Source: Chiloscyllium plagiosum
Lineage: Eukaryota
Length of the DNA: 62,830 nt
Assembly (NCBI RefSeq): GCF_004010195.1
Contig: NC_057718.1
Span: forward strand, 87,230,139 to 87,292,968
Reading direction: 5' to 3'
The notes below the pieces were generated by a model, which searched no databases, was not told the DNA's origin, and saw nothing but the letters and a program-made list of their open reading frames with translations. Of the stretch, positions 13,295 to 25,896 are shown piece after piece. Every line of letters starts with the position of its first letter. Position 1 is the first letter of the stretch. A program made the position numbers and the translations under genes.

Positions 13295-13697
13295 AGGAGA
13301 AAGTGAGTACTGTAGGTGCCGGAGATCAGACTTTCACATCTGACAGAGATTTGCCTGTACTTCCACACACATCATCGACTGTGTCCATTGCTTGCAATGT
13401 GGTCTCCTCTACTCTGGGGAGACAGGACGCCAACTTGCGCAACGTTTCAGAGAACATCTCTGGGACACACGCACTAAACAATCCCACCGCCCTGTGGCCG
13501 AACACTTTAACTCCCCTTCCCACTCGGCCAAGGACATGCAGGTCCACCGCCAAACCCTAACCATCTGATGCCTGGAGGAAGAACGCCTCATCTTCCGCCT
13601 TGGGACCCTCCAACCACACGGGATCAATGTGGATTTCACCAGTTTCCTCATTTCCCCTGCCCCACCTTATTCCAGATCCAACCTTCCAACTAGGCAA
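13295..13697 (+). mobile_element. Penelope-like fragment (GIY-YIG region) with inverted terminal piece
   Basis: FACTSTHIIDCVHCLQCGLLYSGET (degenerate GIY-YIG with CxxC); homologous to 18510-19565. Confidence 0.8.
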
Positions 13698-14460
13698 CAT
13701 GTTGAAAACCCAGGAGGTAAATATTGATCCATGGTATGTGAAGCTGTCAACAAACTCCACAGAGAGGCTTTCAATGTTAAGGGAAGGTAGAGTCTCAATG
13801 TCCTGGCCCATAACTTTAGGATTTCTCACACTGAGTATTGGCCCAAACTCTCTTCAGGCCCAGAAGAACTGATTTACAGTCTGCCGCAGGTGACCTTTAC
13901 AATGGGATGCCAGTACAACATCATCACCAGCAAATAGCACTTCATGAAGGAGGGCGTTATGCTGACGTCTGGCATGCACTTTTGCCAAGTTGAACAGCTT
14001 GCTGTCAGCTCAGGCATGCAGGAAGACAACCTCATTTGAGTACTAGAAGTGTACAGTAACAGCATGGAGAAAAATATGCAAAAGGAATTGGCGCAGGCCA
14101 CCGTCCTGCTTTCTCACACAGTTGATCTTGAAAATGTTGCTCCACTGTAACTGATTAAACTGTGCATGTTCTCGAGGAAATGACACCCAGGAGCCCAGGC
14201 AGTCAGCATATCTTGCAGAGTCCATCCACACTGACAAAAGAAAAGGCCTTGGTAAGGTCTATGAAGGTAACACAGAAACGTTTGCATGCCTTACAGCATT
14301 TTTCCAGGAGCTGCCAAGGGGAGAAAATCACACCAAGTGTAGATTTGTATCTCTGAAGCCACACTGAGGGGGGGTGCATGGTGCCAAGGTTTACAATCTG
14401 GTCAGAGCAACACGAACAAAGAGCTTATCCATAATATTTAGCAAGGAAATGCATGGGTAC
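13698..14460 (-). mobile_element. RTE-clade LINE RT fragment
   Basis: FIDLTKAF near 14245-14265, FFSMLL, VMGQD...EFVDSFTYHGS. Confidence 0.7.
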
Positions 14461-17181
14461 CACGGCTTGCATGTGGCAATATGTTTATTTGTTGTTTAAG
14501 GCACCTTCCTTGTAAACAGGAATTCCTGAATTAAATCTCAGTTATGCCTTAATAGTTATTCCAATCAGGGCAGATAGTACTTTGATGATAATGTCATTAG
14601 AGTAATAATCTGATGGCCTAGGCAGATGAACTACATCCCAGAGTATTGAAAGTGGTAAATGTGGACACAGTGGATACATTCATAGTCATCTTTCAAAATT
14701 CTGCAGACTCTGGAAAGGTTTATTTTTATTGGGAGATGGAAAATATAACCCCACAATTAAGAAAGGGGAGAAAGGGAAAACTGCAGAGAGCTGCAGGCCT
14801 GTTAAGCATAACATCAATTGGAGGGATATTTCTCATATATGTAACGAAGAACTTCAAAAATGATGGTAGGATTGGACAGAGTCAACATGGACTTCTGAAA
14901 GGGAAACCATATTTACCAAACTGCGTGGATTTTTTAAAGGATATAGCTAGCAGAATAAATAGGATGTATCCAGTGGATTATAGTGGTTGTAACGAGGTCA
15001 ACCAGGTGGATCTCAGGGAATATGAGTTCCCTGATTGGGCCTATTAACTTAGTGCAATCAGGGAGTCCTGGCTGACAGATATAAATCAGGGTTCTGATTT
15101 ACACACTTGTTTGTTCTTCACTGTGTCCGACACCTGCACATACACGACATGGGTGCTGGGGAAAAATAAGCACTACCGCTGTTAGGTGGTAGTGTGGAGG
15201 AAAATTAAAATTTAAAAAATTAACAGGAGGGTCAGGGGTCCTGTTCACTCTGGGAGCTGCCTCTGAGGGACCTGGATCAGTGGTGAAGGACTCTCCATTT
15301 TGTGTCTGGGGGGACTGACCTCTATGCTGCCTGGACCGCAGTCAGTGTGTTATTACTGCTGTTGGACTTTCTATGGAGGAGGAGAGTTTTCTTTTATCTT
15401 TCCCCCTTGTTTCAGGTAGACTTTTTTTTTATTTTTTGTTTTCTTTATTGTTTATTGTGATTGTTTCGTTGGGTATCTTTCTGTTTATTTCCTTTGAAAA
15501 TAAATAAAAGAATATAGATTCTGATTTAAAAACTTGTCACTGTCCTACACCTGCACACACACAACATGGGTGATGGGGAAAAATAAGCATTACTGCAGTT
15601 AGGTGGCAGTGTGGGGGGGGCAAGGAAAGCAAAAAAAAAAGGAGTGTCAGAGGTTCTGTTAAAAAAAATCTAGGTTCTGGTCACAGTAGGAGCTGGTTCT
15701 GAGTTAGCTGATCAGTGTCATGTACTATGCATACATAAGTAAAGGTTGACTTGGTGATAGGATACTGGCTTTTGTAGCATTGAGAGAAAATTACACCCCT
15801 GAAGAGATTTGCTCACAACAGTTGTTTTTTGAGTTAGGGTAAGCATTTCTGACATCATGCCGTTTTTTGGAAAACTTGACTCATTCAATCCTGCCATTGG
15901 AAACTGGGCCCAGTACATGGAAAGAATTCATTATGTTGTTCAGGTAAATAACAATGGGTCAGATGAAAAGCAATGAGTATTTCTCCTGAAGCTGTGTAGA
16001 CCCACAGCCTTTTGGGTTATTAGGAACCCAACTTTCCCTGAGGCAGCAGACTCTAAAATCTTTCAGGAGTTGATGGATTTAGGTAAGGAATAGTACAAAT
16101 CCAAACCTCCTCTAGTTCTGAGATGCCATCAGTTTTACTCGACGGTTCGAGAACCATGGAAATCTGTTCCACATACCGGTAGCAACTTTTGCATCGGGAT
16201 TTTTGACTAGGTTAAGATAACTGGTAGAGATATGCGATTTTAGTTTAACCCTGAGTGAGATGCTGAGAGACCAATTGGTATGTAGAATTAATAAGGTGAC
16301 CACGCAAAAGTGTGCACTAGCTGAAGTCCAACAGGCAGTGCAGCTGACTTTGTTGTTAGAAAATGCGGCAAGTGGAGCTAATGAGTTACAAGATATGCCA
16401 ATGGAAATGGATACCCTTGTCAGATTGACTCAGCTTGATGAACACCAGTTGAGTGAAGGCAATTGCATAGCCTGACTCAGGACATATCCTGAACAGAGGG
16501 ACTCTAGGTCAGCCCACAGCAATACCCCAAAACAAAGCCAAGCCTCCGCCAAATGGTTAAAAGTTTCTTGAGGATCTAGGCCAGTAGGCCACTGAAATTG
16601 CTATCGGAATGCGAACTCAAGTCAGCAAAACATTCCCACCAGATGTAAACTGATTGTGCACACATTGAAAAGCTCACCTACATCTGGTTTACAACAGTTA
16701 AATTGTGAAGCAACATCAAAATCAGAACCAATTAAAATGATCACCCAGTTCTAATGGAGGTAATGGAGGTTGATACCAGCGTGGCTGTATGAGTGATTGC
16801 AGAACCAGTCTTTACCAAAATTCACTCTGGATTCCAGCTGTTAAGTTTGTGTAAGACTTCAGCTAGACTGAGAACCTACATCGGGGAACCCCTACAGATT
16901 AAGGGTACAACTTCGACTTTGGTGTCTTAGGAGAAGCAGCTGATTCAGTTACCACTGATTGAAGTAAACCTCTAGGGCCCAAGCTTGATGGGGCAAAATT
17001 GGGTGAGAAAGATTCAACTTGATTGGCTCAACATCTTTTGATTAGAAAATGGCTGCCTATGTGAAGTCCCTAATTAAATACCCAAATATTTTAAAGGAAG
17101 GTCTAGGGACTGTCAAAGGGGGCAAGGCCACCTTACATATTGACCAAGAAGTGATTCCATGATTCTGCAAGGTCTGCCCAG

Positions 17182-17416
17182 AGTCTAGATTAGAGTGGTG
17201 CTGGAAAAGCACAGCAGGTCAGGCAGCATCCAAGGAGCAGGAAAATCAACATTTCGGGCAAAAGCCCTTCATCAGGAATAGAGCTTTCCTGATGAAGGCT
17301 TTTGCCCGAAACATCGATTTTCCTGCTCCTCGGATCCTGCCTGACCTGCTGTGCTTTTCCAGCACCACTCTAATCTAGACTCTGTTTTCCAGCATCTGCA
17401 GTCCTTGTTTTTACCT
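17182..17416 (+). mobile_element. Palindromic PLE mini-insertion in Gypsy RT, hammerhead-like cores on both strands
   Basis: Inverted arms of ~95 bp; cores at 17247-17275(-) and 17289-17315(+); imperfect 13-bp TSD AAGGTCTGCCCAG / AAGACCTACCCAG. Confidence 0.82.
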
Positions 17417-18509
17417 AAGACCTACCCAGTGCCACTTGCCTTACAGGCAAAGGTAGAGCCAGAAATAAGAAGGTTGGAATGCGACAGAATCATCAAACCA
17501 GTACGGTTTGTGGAATGGGCAGCACGAGTCATACTAATTGCGAAGCCCAATGGGTCGGTTTGCCTTTGTGGGAATTTCAAACAAAGAGTAAACTGTTTTT
17601 CGCAGCTGGATAAATACCCAATCCCTCGCAGAGGGGACTTATATGCAAAACTGGCAGTCCTTCACAAAGCTGGATATGAGCCATGAGTACCTGCAATTTC
17701 AGTTAGGTGAGGATTTCAGAAATTGGACATAGTGCTTAAATTCTCCAAAGCAAGTGGCAAAAGTGGATGCCTTGAGCCGTCTCCCACTTGCCGATACACC
17801 ATCAGTGATGCTCCCATTAGAAGAGTCCATTCTGGTTTTAAACTTTTCAGACACCCTTCCAGTCACTGCTGACAATATCAGACTGTGGATGTGAAAAGAT
17901 CCTGTCCTGGTGAAACTAAAACAGCTCATGTTGATGGGGCAAGCAAAAGGGCCAGCACAAACAGAATTGAAATCTTTTTGGACCCATTCAGACCGGATCA
18001 CTATAGAGGACAGCACGTTACTATTGGGAGCAAGAGTGATTGTCCCAATCAAAAGGTTACCACCAGACACTGGCTGAATTTCACCAAGGTCATCCCAGGG
18101 TTTCAAAAATGAAGGGGTTGGCGAGATGTCATGTCTGGGGGCCAGGACTGGATACCGATGTAACTGCATTGCTGGGGCAGTGCCCAGACTGCCAACAAGG
18201 ACAGAAATTGCCACCAGCAGGTACCCCATTTCCATGGGAATGGCCATATAAACCCTGGATTTGGTTACACATCAAATACGCCAGTCTTTTCATGGGCTGT
18301 GCGTTTTTAGTCATTATGGATGCCCACCAAAGTAGTTGGATGTGCGTAGAACTAATTTGTCAAACACGTGACAACAATTGGAAATTTATAAACATCTTTT
18401 GCAATACACAGACTCTTGGAGGTGTTAGTCACAGACAATGGACTATCACTTACCATCAGGGAATTTGAGTGTTTCCTAAAGATAAATGGCGTTTGGCATG
18501 TAAGGAAAG

Positions 18510-19565
18510 GTAGGAGAAGGTGAGGACTGCAGATTTGGGGATCAGAGTCAAAAAGTGTGGTGCTGGAAAAGCACAGCAGATCAGGCAGGAGCAGGAGAGT
18601 CAACATTTTGAGCATAAGCTCTTCATCAGGAATGGGAGGTGGGGGCCAAGGGAGCTGAGAGATAAATGGGAAGGGGATGGGGTTGGGGGAAGGTAGCTGG
18701 GAATGTAACAGGTAGATGAAGGTGTGTGGTGACGGGGATAGATCAGGGCAGAGGGTGGAGAGGATGGGTGGGAAAGAAGATGGACAGGTAGGACAGTTCA
18801 AGAAGGTGGTGCCGAGTTGGAAGGTTGGATTTGGGATAAGGTGGGGGGGGGGGGGGGGGGGAGTGGGAATGAGGAAACTGGTGAAATCAACATTGATCCC
18901 ATTTGGTTGGAGGGTCCCAAGGCAGAAGATGAGGCATTCTTCCTCCAGGCATTGGGTGGCTAGAGTTTGGCAGTGGAGGAGGCCAAGGACTTGTATGTCC
19001 TTGGCAGAGTGGGAGGAGGAGTTGAAGTGTTCGACCACAGGGCTGTGGGATTGATTGGTGCATGTGTACCAGAGATGTTGTCTGAAATGTTCTGCAAGTT
19101 TGCATCTTGTCTCCCTAATGTAGAGGAGACCACATCAAGAGCAGCAAACACAATAGATGACATGCGTGGAAGTGCAGGTAAATCTCTGTCGGATGTGGAA
19201 GGATCCTTTGGAGCCTTGGATGGAGGTAAGGGGGCAGGTGTGGGCACAGGTTTTGCACTTCTTGCAGTGGCAGGGGAGGTTGGAGGGTGGGTTGGTGAGC
19301 AGTGTGGACCTAACAAGGAAGGCATGGAGGGAATGGTCTCTGCAGAATGCAGATTGGGGTGGGGAGGGAAATATGTCCCTGGTGGTTGGGTCTGTTTGTA
19401 GGTGGTGGAAATGGTGGAGGATGATTTGATGTATCTGGAGGTTGATGGGGTGGAAAGTGAGGACCAGGGTTGGCGGAGGGGAGTTCTGTCCTTGTTGCTG
19501 TTGGAGGGGTTGGGCTCAAGGGCAGAGGTACGGGAAATGGAGGAGTTGCGCTGGAGGGCATCGTT
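18510..19565 (-). mobile_element. Penelope-like element, 5'-truncated (GIY-YIG endonuclease + terminal repeat), inserted in Gypsy integrase
   Basis: QRFTCTSTHVIYCVCCS*CGLLYIRETRCKLAEHFRQH on the minus strand ~19065-19188; integrase resumes with YYPSSNYLTERAVQ at ~19575. Confidence 0.85.
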
Positions 19566-19639
19566 GATAGCTTCTTATTATCCATCGTCCAACTATCTGA
19601 CGGAAAGAGCAGTCCAAATGTTGAATGCAGGCTTAAAGA

Positions 19640-19776
19640 TGTGCAGGTCAGGTGAATTGGCTATGCTAAATTGCATTAGTCAGAGGGAAAATGGGTCTAG
19701 GTGGGTTACTCTTCAGAGGGTCGGTGTGGACTTGTTGGGCTGAAGGGCCTGTTTCCATACTGTAGGGAATCTAATC
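19640..19776 (+). mobile_element. HE1-like SINE 3' half
   Basis: Homologous to 2583-2740; CTAAT tail; TAAAGA on both flanks. Confidence 0.8.
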
Positions 19777-20236
19777 TAAAGAAAAAGCCTACAGTTTCAC
19801 TCAATACCAAACTGTCCCAGCTCCTATTTGATTAAAGGAACACCTCTCGTGTTCCAGCAGAGTTGCTAATGGGAGAAAACTCCACATCAGGTTAAATCTG
19901 ATCATCCCAGACCAAGGACGGGGAGGGTGAAATGGCAAAAGACTCCTCTAAGCAAGCGAGACAGTCTACTTCAGGGATAAAATTTGGTGTCAAAATTACG
20001 GGAATGGCCCTGCATGGGTAAGAGGGGTGGTCTTAGCAAGGTCAGGTCCCACGATGTACAAAGTCTGGGGAAAAGAGGTGGTCCTGAACAAGCACATGGA
20101 CCATATGAAAGCTGCAACCTCCCAAGTGAGACAAGAGCAAAACATAGCTGGTCCCTTCGAACATCTGGCGAGGGTTGTCCCACTCTGCAGAGCATCGAAG
20201 GAAGCTCTGAGGATAGGATGGACACGGCAGATGTTG

Positions 20237-20442
20237 GAAATGTGTTGCTGGAAAAGCGCAGCAGGTCAGGCAGCATCCAGGGAACAGGAGAATCGACGTT
20301 TCGGGCATAAGCCCTTCTTCAGGAAGGGCTTATGCCCGAAACGTCGATTCTCCTGTTCCCTGGATGCTGCCTGACCTGCTGCACTTTTCCAGCAACACAT
20401 TTCCAGCTCTGATCTCCAGCATCTGCAGACCTCACTTTCTCC
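20237..20442 (+). mobile_element. Palindromic PLE mini-insertion
   Basis: 83-bp arms (20235-20317 / 20323-20405, one mismatch); perfect 15-bp TSD ACACGGCAGATGTTG; minus-strand core CTGAAGA-A-GGGC ttat GCCC-GAAA-CGTC at 20295-20322. Confidence 0.85.
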
Positions 20443-21033
20443 ACACGGCAGATGTTGCCAGCTTGACATTGTTACTCCCTGAAGATGATGAATTTCTTCT
20501 GAGGCTCTCCAGGCATTAGAGGCAGGTTACAACCTGGTACGCACTGCCTGTATCTGAGGCAGAGTCAGAGGAACCACACTTGGTGTGAAAACAGCCCTGA
20601 AGAAGCTACAGAAAAAAGAATGGGCCTACATCCCTGGACTTCGAGGGGGATGGATACAGTGATTGGAACGAGGTCAGCCAGGGTGATCTCATATTTTATG
20701 AGAACTCTGATTGGGCCTATTAACCTGGTCCAATCATGTCCTGGCTGACAGATATAAACAGGAGTGACAGAGGTTCTGATCACAGTAGGATCTGATTCTG
20801 AACTAGCTGGGTTAGTGTCATGTACTATACATGTGTAAATAAAGGGTGATTGGTGTCTGGAAATCAACCTTTGTGGAGTTATTTCAGAATGCGAATTAGA
20901 TTTTAAGGCAGACTTAATAAGGTCCCACACCTGTGATTAATGAACAAGATTAGTGCATAAGGGAATGGAGAATGTATTGGCCTGGAATAAGAACTGATTA
21001 ATGGACAGAAAACAGAAAGTAAGAATAAGTGGG

Positions 21034-21936
21034 CTATAATTTGCAATTGTATATAGAAGAAAATGTGGTGGGCAGTGGGAGGAGTGGTTTGATAAGTTTG
21101 CAGATGACCCAAAGATTGGTCAGGTGGTTGAAAGTGAGGAAGAAGCTCTTCGGTTATAGAATGATACAGCTGAATTGGTCAGATAGATAGATCAGCGGCT
21201 GGTGGGATTTAATGCTGCTAAGGGTGGGATGATGCACTGTTGAAGAAGTAACAAAGCAAGGGAGTACTGAATAAATTGCAGGGAATTAGGAGGCTCAGAG
21301 GAACAGAATGACCTTGGAGTCCTTCCACCTTCAGGGATCTGTGGACAAGTTAATACATACAGGATATCACCTTTATCAGTTGTGGTGTCAGTTATAAGAG
21401 CAGGAAGGTTATGTTAGAGCTGTACAGGACTAAGGTTGGGTCACAGTTAGAGTACTGTGTGCAGTTCTGGTCAACACGAGAGAGAGGATGTGATTGCGCT
21501 GGATAGTGTGCAGAGGAAATTCTGGGATAGAGCAATTTAGGTATGAGGAGAGGCTAGTGAAGTTCCACTTGTTTTCTTTAAAGCTGAGAAGGGACTTTAT
21601 TGAGGTGTATAAGATTATTAAGAACATGGATAGAGTAGATAGGAAGCAGGTGTTCCCCTTAGTTGAAGGTTCAATAACAAAGGGGCCATATTTTGAGGTG
21701 AAAGGCAGGGTATTTGGAGGAGATTTGAGGAAAGACACTTTTCATCCAGAGGATGGTGGGAATCTGGAATGCACTATCTGAGATGGAAACCTCTCAACGT
21801 TAAGACTGTATGTGGACAAGCACTTGAAATACCAAAACGTTCAAGGTTATGAGCTGGAAAGTGGGACCGGTTTAGATTTAGAGTATTTTATTTGAATGTG
21901 GAGTCTCAATGGGCTGAAGGACTTATTTGGTATTCC
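21034..21936 (+). mobile_element. Second CR1 subfamily 3' part nested in the older CR1
   Basis: KFADDPKIG, LEYCVQFWS, LRRDFIEVYKIIK and 3' UTR gggctgaagg. Confidence 0.75.
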
Positions 21937-22025
21937 TGATGAAAGGCTCGTGCCTGAAATGTCAATTCTGCTGCTCCTCTGATCCTGCCTGACCTGCTGT
22001 GCTTTTCCAGCACCACACTCTTGGG
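21937..22025 (+). mobile_element. PLE terminal fragment beginning at a degenerate hammerhead core
   Basis: 15-bp TSD CTTATTTGGTATTCC at 21922-21936 and 22026-22040; ctgatgaaaggctcgtgcctgaaatgtc. Confidence 0.78.
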
Positions 22026-23040
22026 CTTATTTGGTATTCCATTTTTTTTAATGTAAAATGACTTGAGGTGCCACAAGCATCTGTGCTTATGCCCCATTTA
22101 TTCACAAGCTATATCAATGATTTGGGTATGGGGATTAAATGTATTACTTCCAATATTGCAAATGAGACAAAACTATGTGGGAGTTATGAGGAGGATGCAA
22201 AGACATTTCAAGGGGATTTGGAGAGACTAAGTGAGTGGGCAAACGTTTCATAGTTGGAATACAATGTGGACAAATGTGAGGTTATCCACTTCTGTTGGAA
22301 AAGCAGAAATACAGAACATTCCTTAAATGGTGGGAGGTTGAGAAGTGTTGAATTTCAAAGAGACTTTCAATGTCTTTGTTCATGAGTCATTGAATGTTAA
22401 TGTGTAGGGACAGCAAGCAATTTCAATGGCAGTGAGTACTTTGGCCTTTATTAGAAGTGGGTTTAAGCATTCAAGTAAAGAGGCCTTACTTCAACTATAT
22501 GCAACCTTGATGAGACCATACCTGAAGTATGGTGCACAGGTTTGGTCTCCTTATCAACAGAAAGGCATACTTGCCAAAGAGAGAATGCGAAAAATGTTCG
22601 CCAAATTAATTTCTGGGATGAAGTTATTGTCCTGTAAGGAAAACTTAAATCGAACAAGCCTTTATTCTCTGGAGCTGAGAACATCAAGAGGTAATCTCAT
22701 TAAAACATAACAAATTCTTACAATGCTCGACAGAGTAGGTGTAGAAATGAGTTTTCTCCTGACTTTGGGGTTCCGAACCTTTGAGAATAAGGAGTTGACC
22801 ATTTAAGATTGAAATAAGAGAGAATTTCGTCATCCACTGGGTGGTGAAACTTTTGAATACTCTACCCCAGAGGACGGTGGAAGCTCCTTGTTTAAAATAC
22901 TCAAGGGGACAGGGATAATACAGGAAAATGGTGTTTAAATAGATCAGCCATGAACTAATTTGAATGGTGGAGTAGATTGTTGAGCTGAATGGCCTACACT
23001 CTATGTTCCTAATTGTAAGTCATTGTGGGTGGAATCTGAA

Positions 23041-23122
23041 TGGGTTGGGATATCTGGTCGGCATGGACGGGTTGGACTGAAGGGTCTGTTTCCATGCTGT
23101 ACATCTCTATGACTCTATGACT
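23041..23122 (+). mobile_element. HER1-like CR1 extreme 3' tail
   Basis: gaagggtctgtttccatgctgtacatct followed by (ctatgact)2. Confidence 0.85.
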
Positions 23123-24870
23123 CAATGACCTGGTGAGTGAGTAGGCAATGCCTTTAGGATTTTGTCTGTTGAGGGGTCAGCAGGGTGCAGTGACTGAGGG
23201 AAGATAGGCAATAGTGAGGATGATAGAGTATGAGATTTGTGGGAGGTAGATAGTAGCAGAGATAGTGTGAGGTACAAGAGAGAAGGTGGTGGAGTGTAGA
23301 AGATCGCTTGCCTTTTCCTACAATGCTGGGCGTTCCTCTCAACAGCAGAGACCGTATTGATCAAGGTAAGCATTTTCGGATCTGGCTGGCATAGTCCGGT
23401 ACTGTGGCATACACTGTTGGTGGGGTAGTGAATGTTCCACATGTGCACCATCCTGTCCTGTGGGAACTCCAGGTCCCTGCCTGAAAGCGAGGGGGAGAGG
23501 GTGCCAATTTTCCCTTCTCAGCAATGTCTAGGCAAGCCATGCAAGGTAACTCTGAATTAACACTTGCCCGAGTCCACAGCAGCCTTTCAGAGATATTGCT
23601 GGAGGTAGGGATGTCAGGATATCCAACAATGCGAATTGTTCTGGGTACAGCAAGTGTTGGAATGGGGCTAGATTGGGCAAGAGGAGTGTCATAGCGCTGG
23701 CCTAAGTAGTTAATGAGCAGCTTTGGTACGGTATGACAGAACATCTCACTAAGTTTCTTGAAGGCAAACCTTCCATGAAACTTACCAAAACTGACACAAT
23801 CCTGGTTGACTATATCTCTATCTCATTGATTTGAGGCACAAATCTTTCCTTCCAGCAGAGATACCAAAGTTCAAGGAGATGTTCTAAAAGTACTGGTCTT
23901 CCTCTTATGTTGATATCAGGTCAGTATAAAGGTCAACAAGTGATAGCTACAAGTGATGAAGACATTGTTGAGGGTGTTATATCTGGTGATGGTGAGATCT
24001 AGCTCGTGACAATGTTTTTTTTCAAGTAGCTTTTCACTACACAGAGTTCATGGTAATAGCTTCGCTCCAGCAATTGTTGTCCATTTTCATTTATCTTGCA
24101 AATTCCTCGGTCCCATACAGTTCGTATCTATCCTTGCCTTGAGGTCCCTTGAAGGTAAAGTCCTGCACTGCTGGGTATTTTGCTGACAGTGGTGGTGAGT
24201 GCATTATAGAACCACTCCTTGACAACTCCATGGAGGTGTATCTTTGAGCATAGAAACACGCCAAGCTTAGTGGATGCATATTTGTTGGCAAACTAAGAGT
24301 GAGAAGTCTCTCTGAGCTTTCCCTGGAGAAGTTCAATCAGTTAAATGTGTCAGAAGAAGAGATTGTCTTTCTCTTTAAGGTATCCATTTTGAGTGAGCCC
24401 AGTTTCTTGCAGTGCTCCAATATCAGTACTGAGCCTTTAAGCTATTTTTGATCACAGTTAACTTGTGTGAGTCATCAACTTGCAGAAGGTCATCAGAGGG
24501 GTCATGATGCATGGTCCTTATGTTCCAACCTGAGATGCAAGAGACTGGTATCTTTGTTGACTGTGTCTTGCCTCGTAAATTGATTATCAGCCCACCTGTT
24601 GAGAGACAGCTATCGAAGCTCCAAGCATCTATTAAGGCAAGAGAGACAACTCTTATCTGCCTGAAGGCTGCTCAGGTTGAAGCAGACAGTAGTTTTCCAA
24701 TAAGAGACCATGAACTTGCCTACTGTCTGAAGTCAAACATTGCACTCATATTCTAGCCAACCTTATAATCTGTAATTTCCCATGTTGTGCCAAGGTAAAG
24801 AATGAAGCTCGATTGTCTTCTTCAGGGTGTAGATATGGGTATGTGTATGGAGACCCTGGGTTGCCCAGAC
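23123..24870 (-). mobile_element. Highly decayed non-LTR retroelement, clade uncertain (Vingi/RTE-X-like)
   Basis: Weak motifs only (IRIVG, WCTCG knuckle-like, LDLT). Confidence 0.3.
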
Positions 24871-24889
24871 ATCACCACCCTCCTCTCAG

Positions 24890-25896
24890 CATGCCTGCTA
24901 TTGCTCATTAAAGAGGCTGCGCTGTGTTTTAATGGTTACCATTTATGTTAATTGCATCTTATAAGACCAATAGGAAAAGGTGAAGCCAGTAATATTTGGT
25001 ACTTGCTGTACTACAGAAGTTCCAGAAAGCTGTCTGATAGATGACAGACAACAGCTAATGAGACTTCACTCCAGATTTTCTGACAGGGCCGACTCCCATC
25101 TCTGTTGAGACATCTACAAGGTAATGAGCTATTTACCCAGAATTATGGGTCTAGGTTGTTGGTTCTAGGGCATAACATGCCAGTAGGCCATTTGTCTGGA
25201 GACCAGATTTCCTTGAGTTCCTTCTGGTATGGCCTGGCCCTGCAAGGTACCAGTTTATGTATATTGCCATCGGAGTCATTACATTGTGTTTGGTGAAGAA
25301 GAGGCTATTATATTGTTGGGAGGGAATCACGCATAATAGTTGTACTGTTAGCCAGTGATGAGAGCTGAAACCAAGAGGGGGAAAGCAGACTAATGACTAC
25401 ACACCACCTGCTACATTAATGCATGATACATCATATCAGCTGGAGATGTAGTGAGCTGAGCATCAGTGAGCTGGTTATTGCTGTGTAAGTGTCACTTTTT
25501 ACACGAGCAAACTATCATTTTGCTGTTGATCAAAAAGAGGCTGGTAGAACTGTGATTGGCTGGGTAGATTTTTTCTGCTTTTGTGCATGGGGCATTTTCT
25601 ACATTGTAAGTTAGATAGCAGTGTTATAGCTATATTGGAACAGCGTGACTAGGGATGGGGCTAGTTCTATAGCACAAATCTTCAGTACTGATGCCAGAAT
25701 GTTGTCAGGGGCATGGCTTTTACAATATTCAGTCACTTCAGATGTTTCATTATATCACATGGAGAGAACCTTTAAATAGTACTTGAAATTGATGTTAATA
25801 CCATGTTTAGCCCCATTGCTCTTACAAGATGCAATTAACATAAATGGTAACCATTAGAATACTGTGCAGCCTCTTTAATGAGCACTAGCAGGCATG
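24890..25896. repeat. 85-bp inverted repeat pair (24890-24974 / 25812-25896)
   Basis: Manual alignment of the arms shows 8 mismatches in 85 bp. Confidence 0.85.

Larger units (their letters stand above)
14979..20886 (+). mobile_element. Gypsy/Ty3 LTR retrotransposon with both LTRs, decayed, most of RT/RNase H deleted
   Basis: 5' LTR from 14979 (interrupted) to ~15780; gag MPFFGKLDSFNP at 15857; protease EVDTS ~16765; RT start IIKPVRFVEWAA..KPNGSVCLCG; DALSRLP; integrase H..H..C..C and core; PPT gagggggatgga; 3' LTR 20655-20886 ending TTTCA; 4-bp TSD GGAT/GAAT. Confidence 0.88.
14605..23010 (+). mobile_element. Old CR1 host element in three pieces (14605-14978, 20887-21033, 22041-23010)
   Basis: HPRVLK, QSQHGLLKGKPYLPN, then VD|..LDF...KVPH split by the Gypsy element; VPQASVL..LF..YINDL, RPYLKYGAQVWSP; 3' UTR ends ctatgttcct. 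Confidence 0.75.

Noticed and set aside
14979..14985. Gypsy LTRs here begin TA rather than TG (14979, 20655, 3382)
   Set aside because: Copies are old and diverged; three copies cannot separate decay from a true non-canonical terminus.
15857..20654. Domesticated or active Gypsy gag-pol gene
   Set aside because: Many stops and frameshifts, RT/RNase H largely deleted, four nested insertions.
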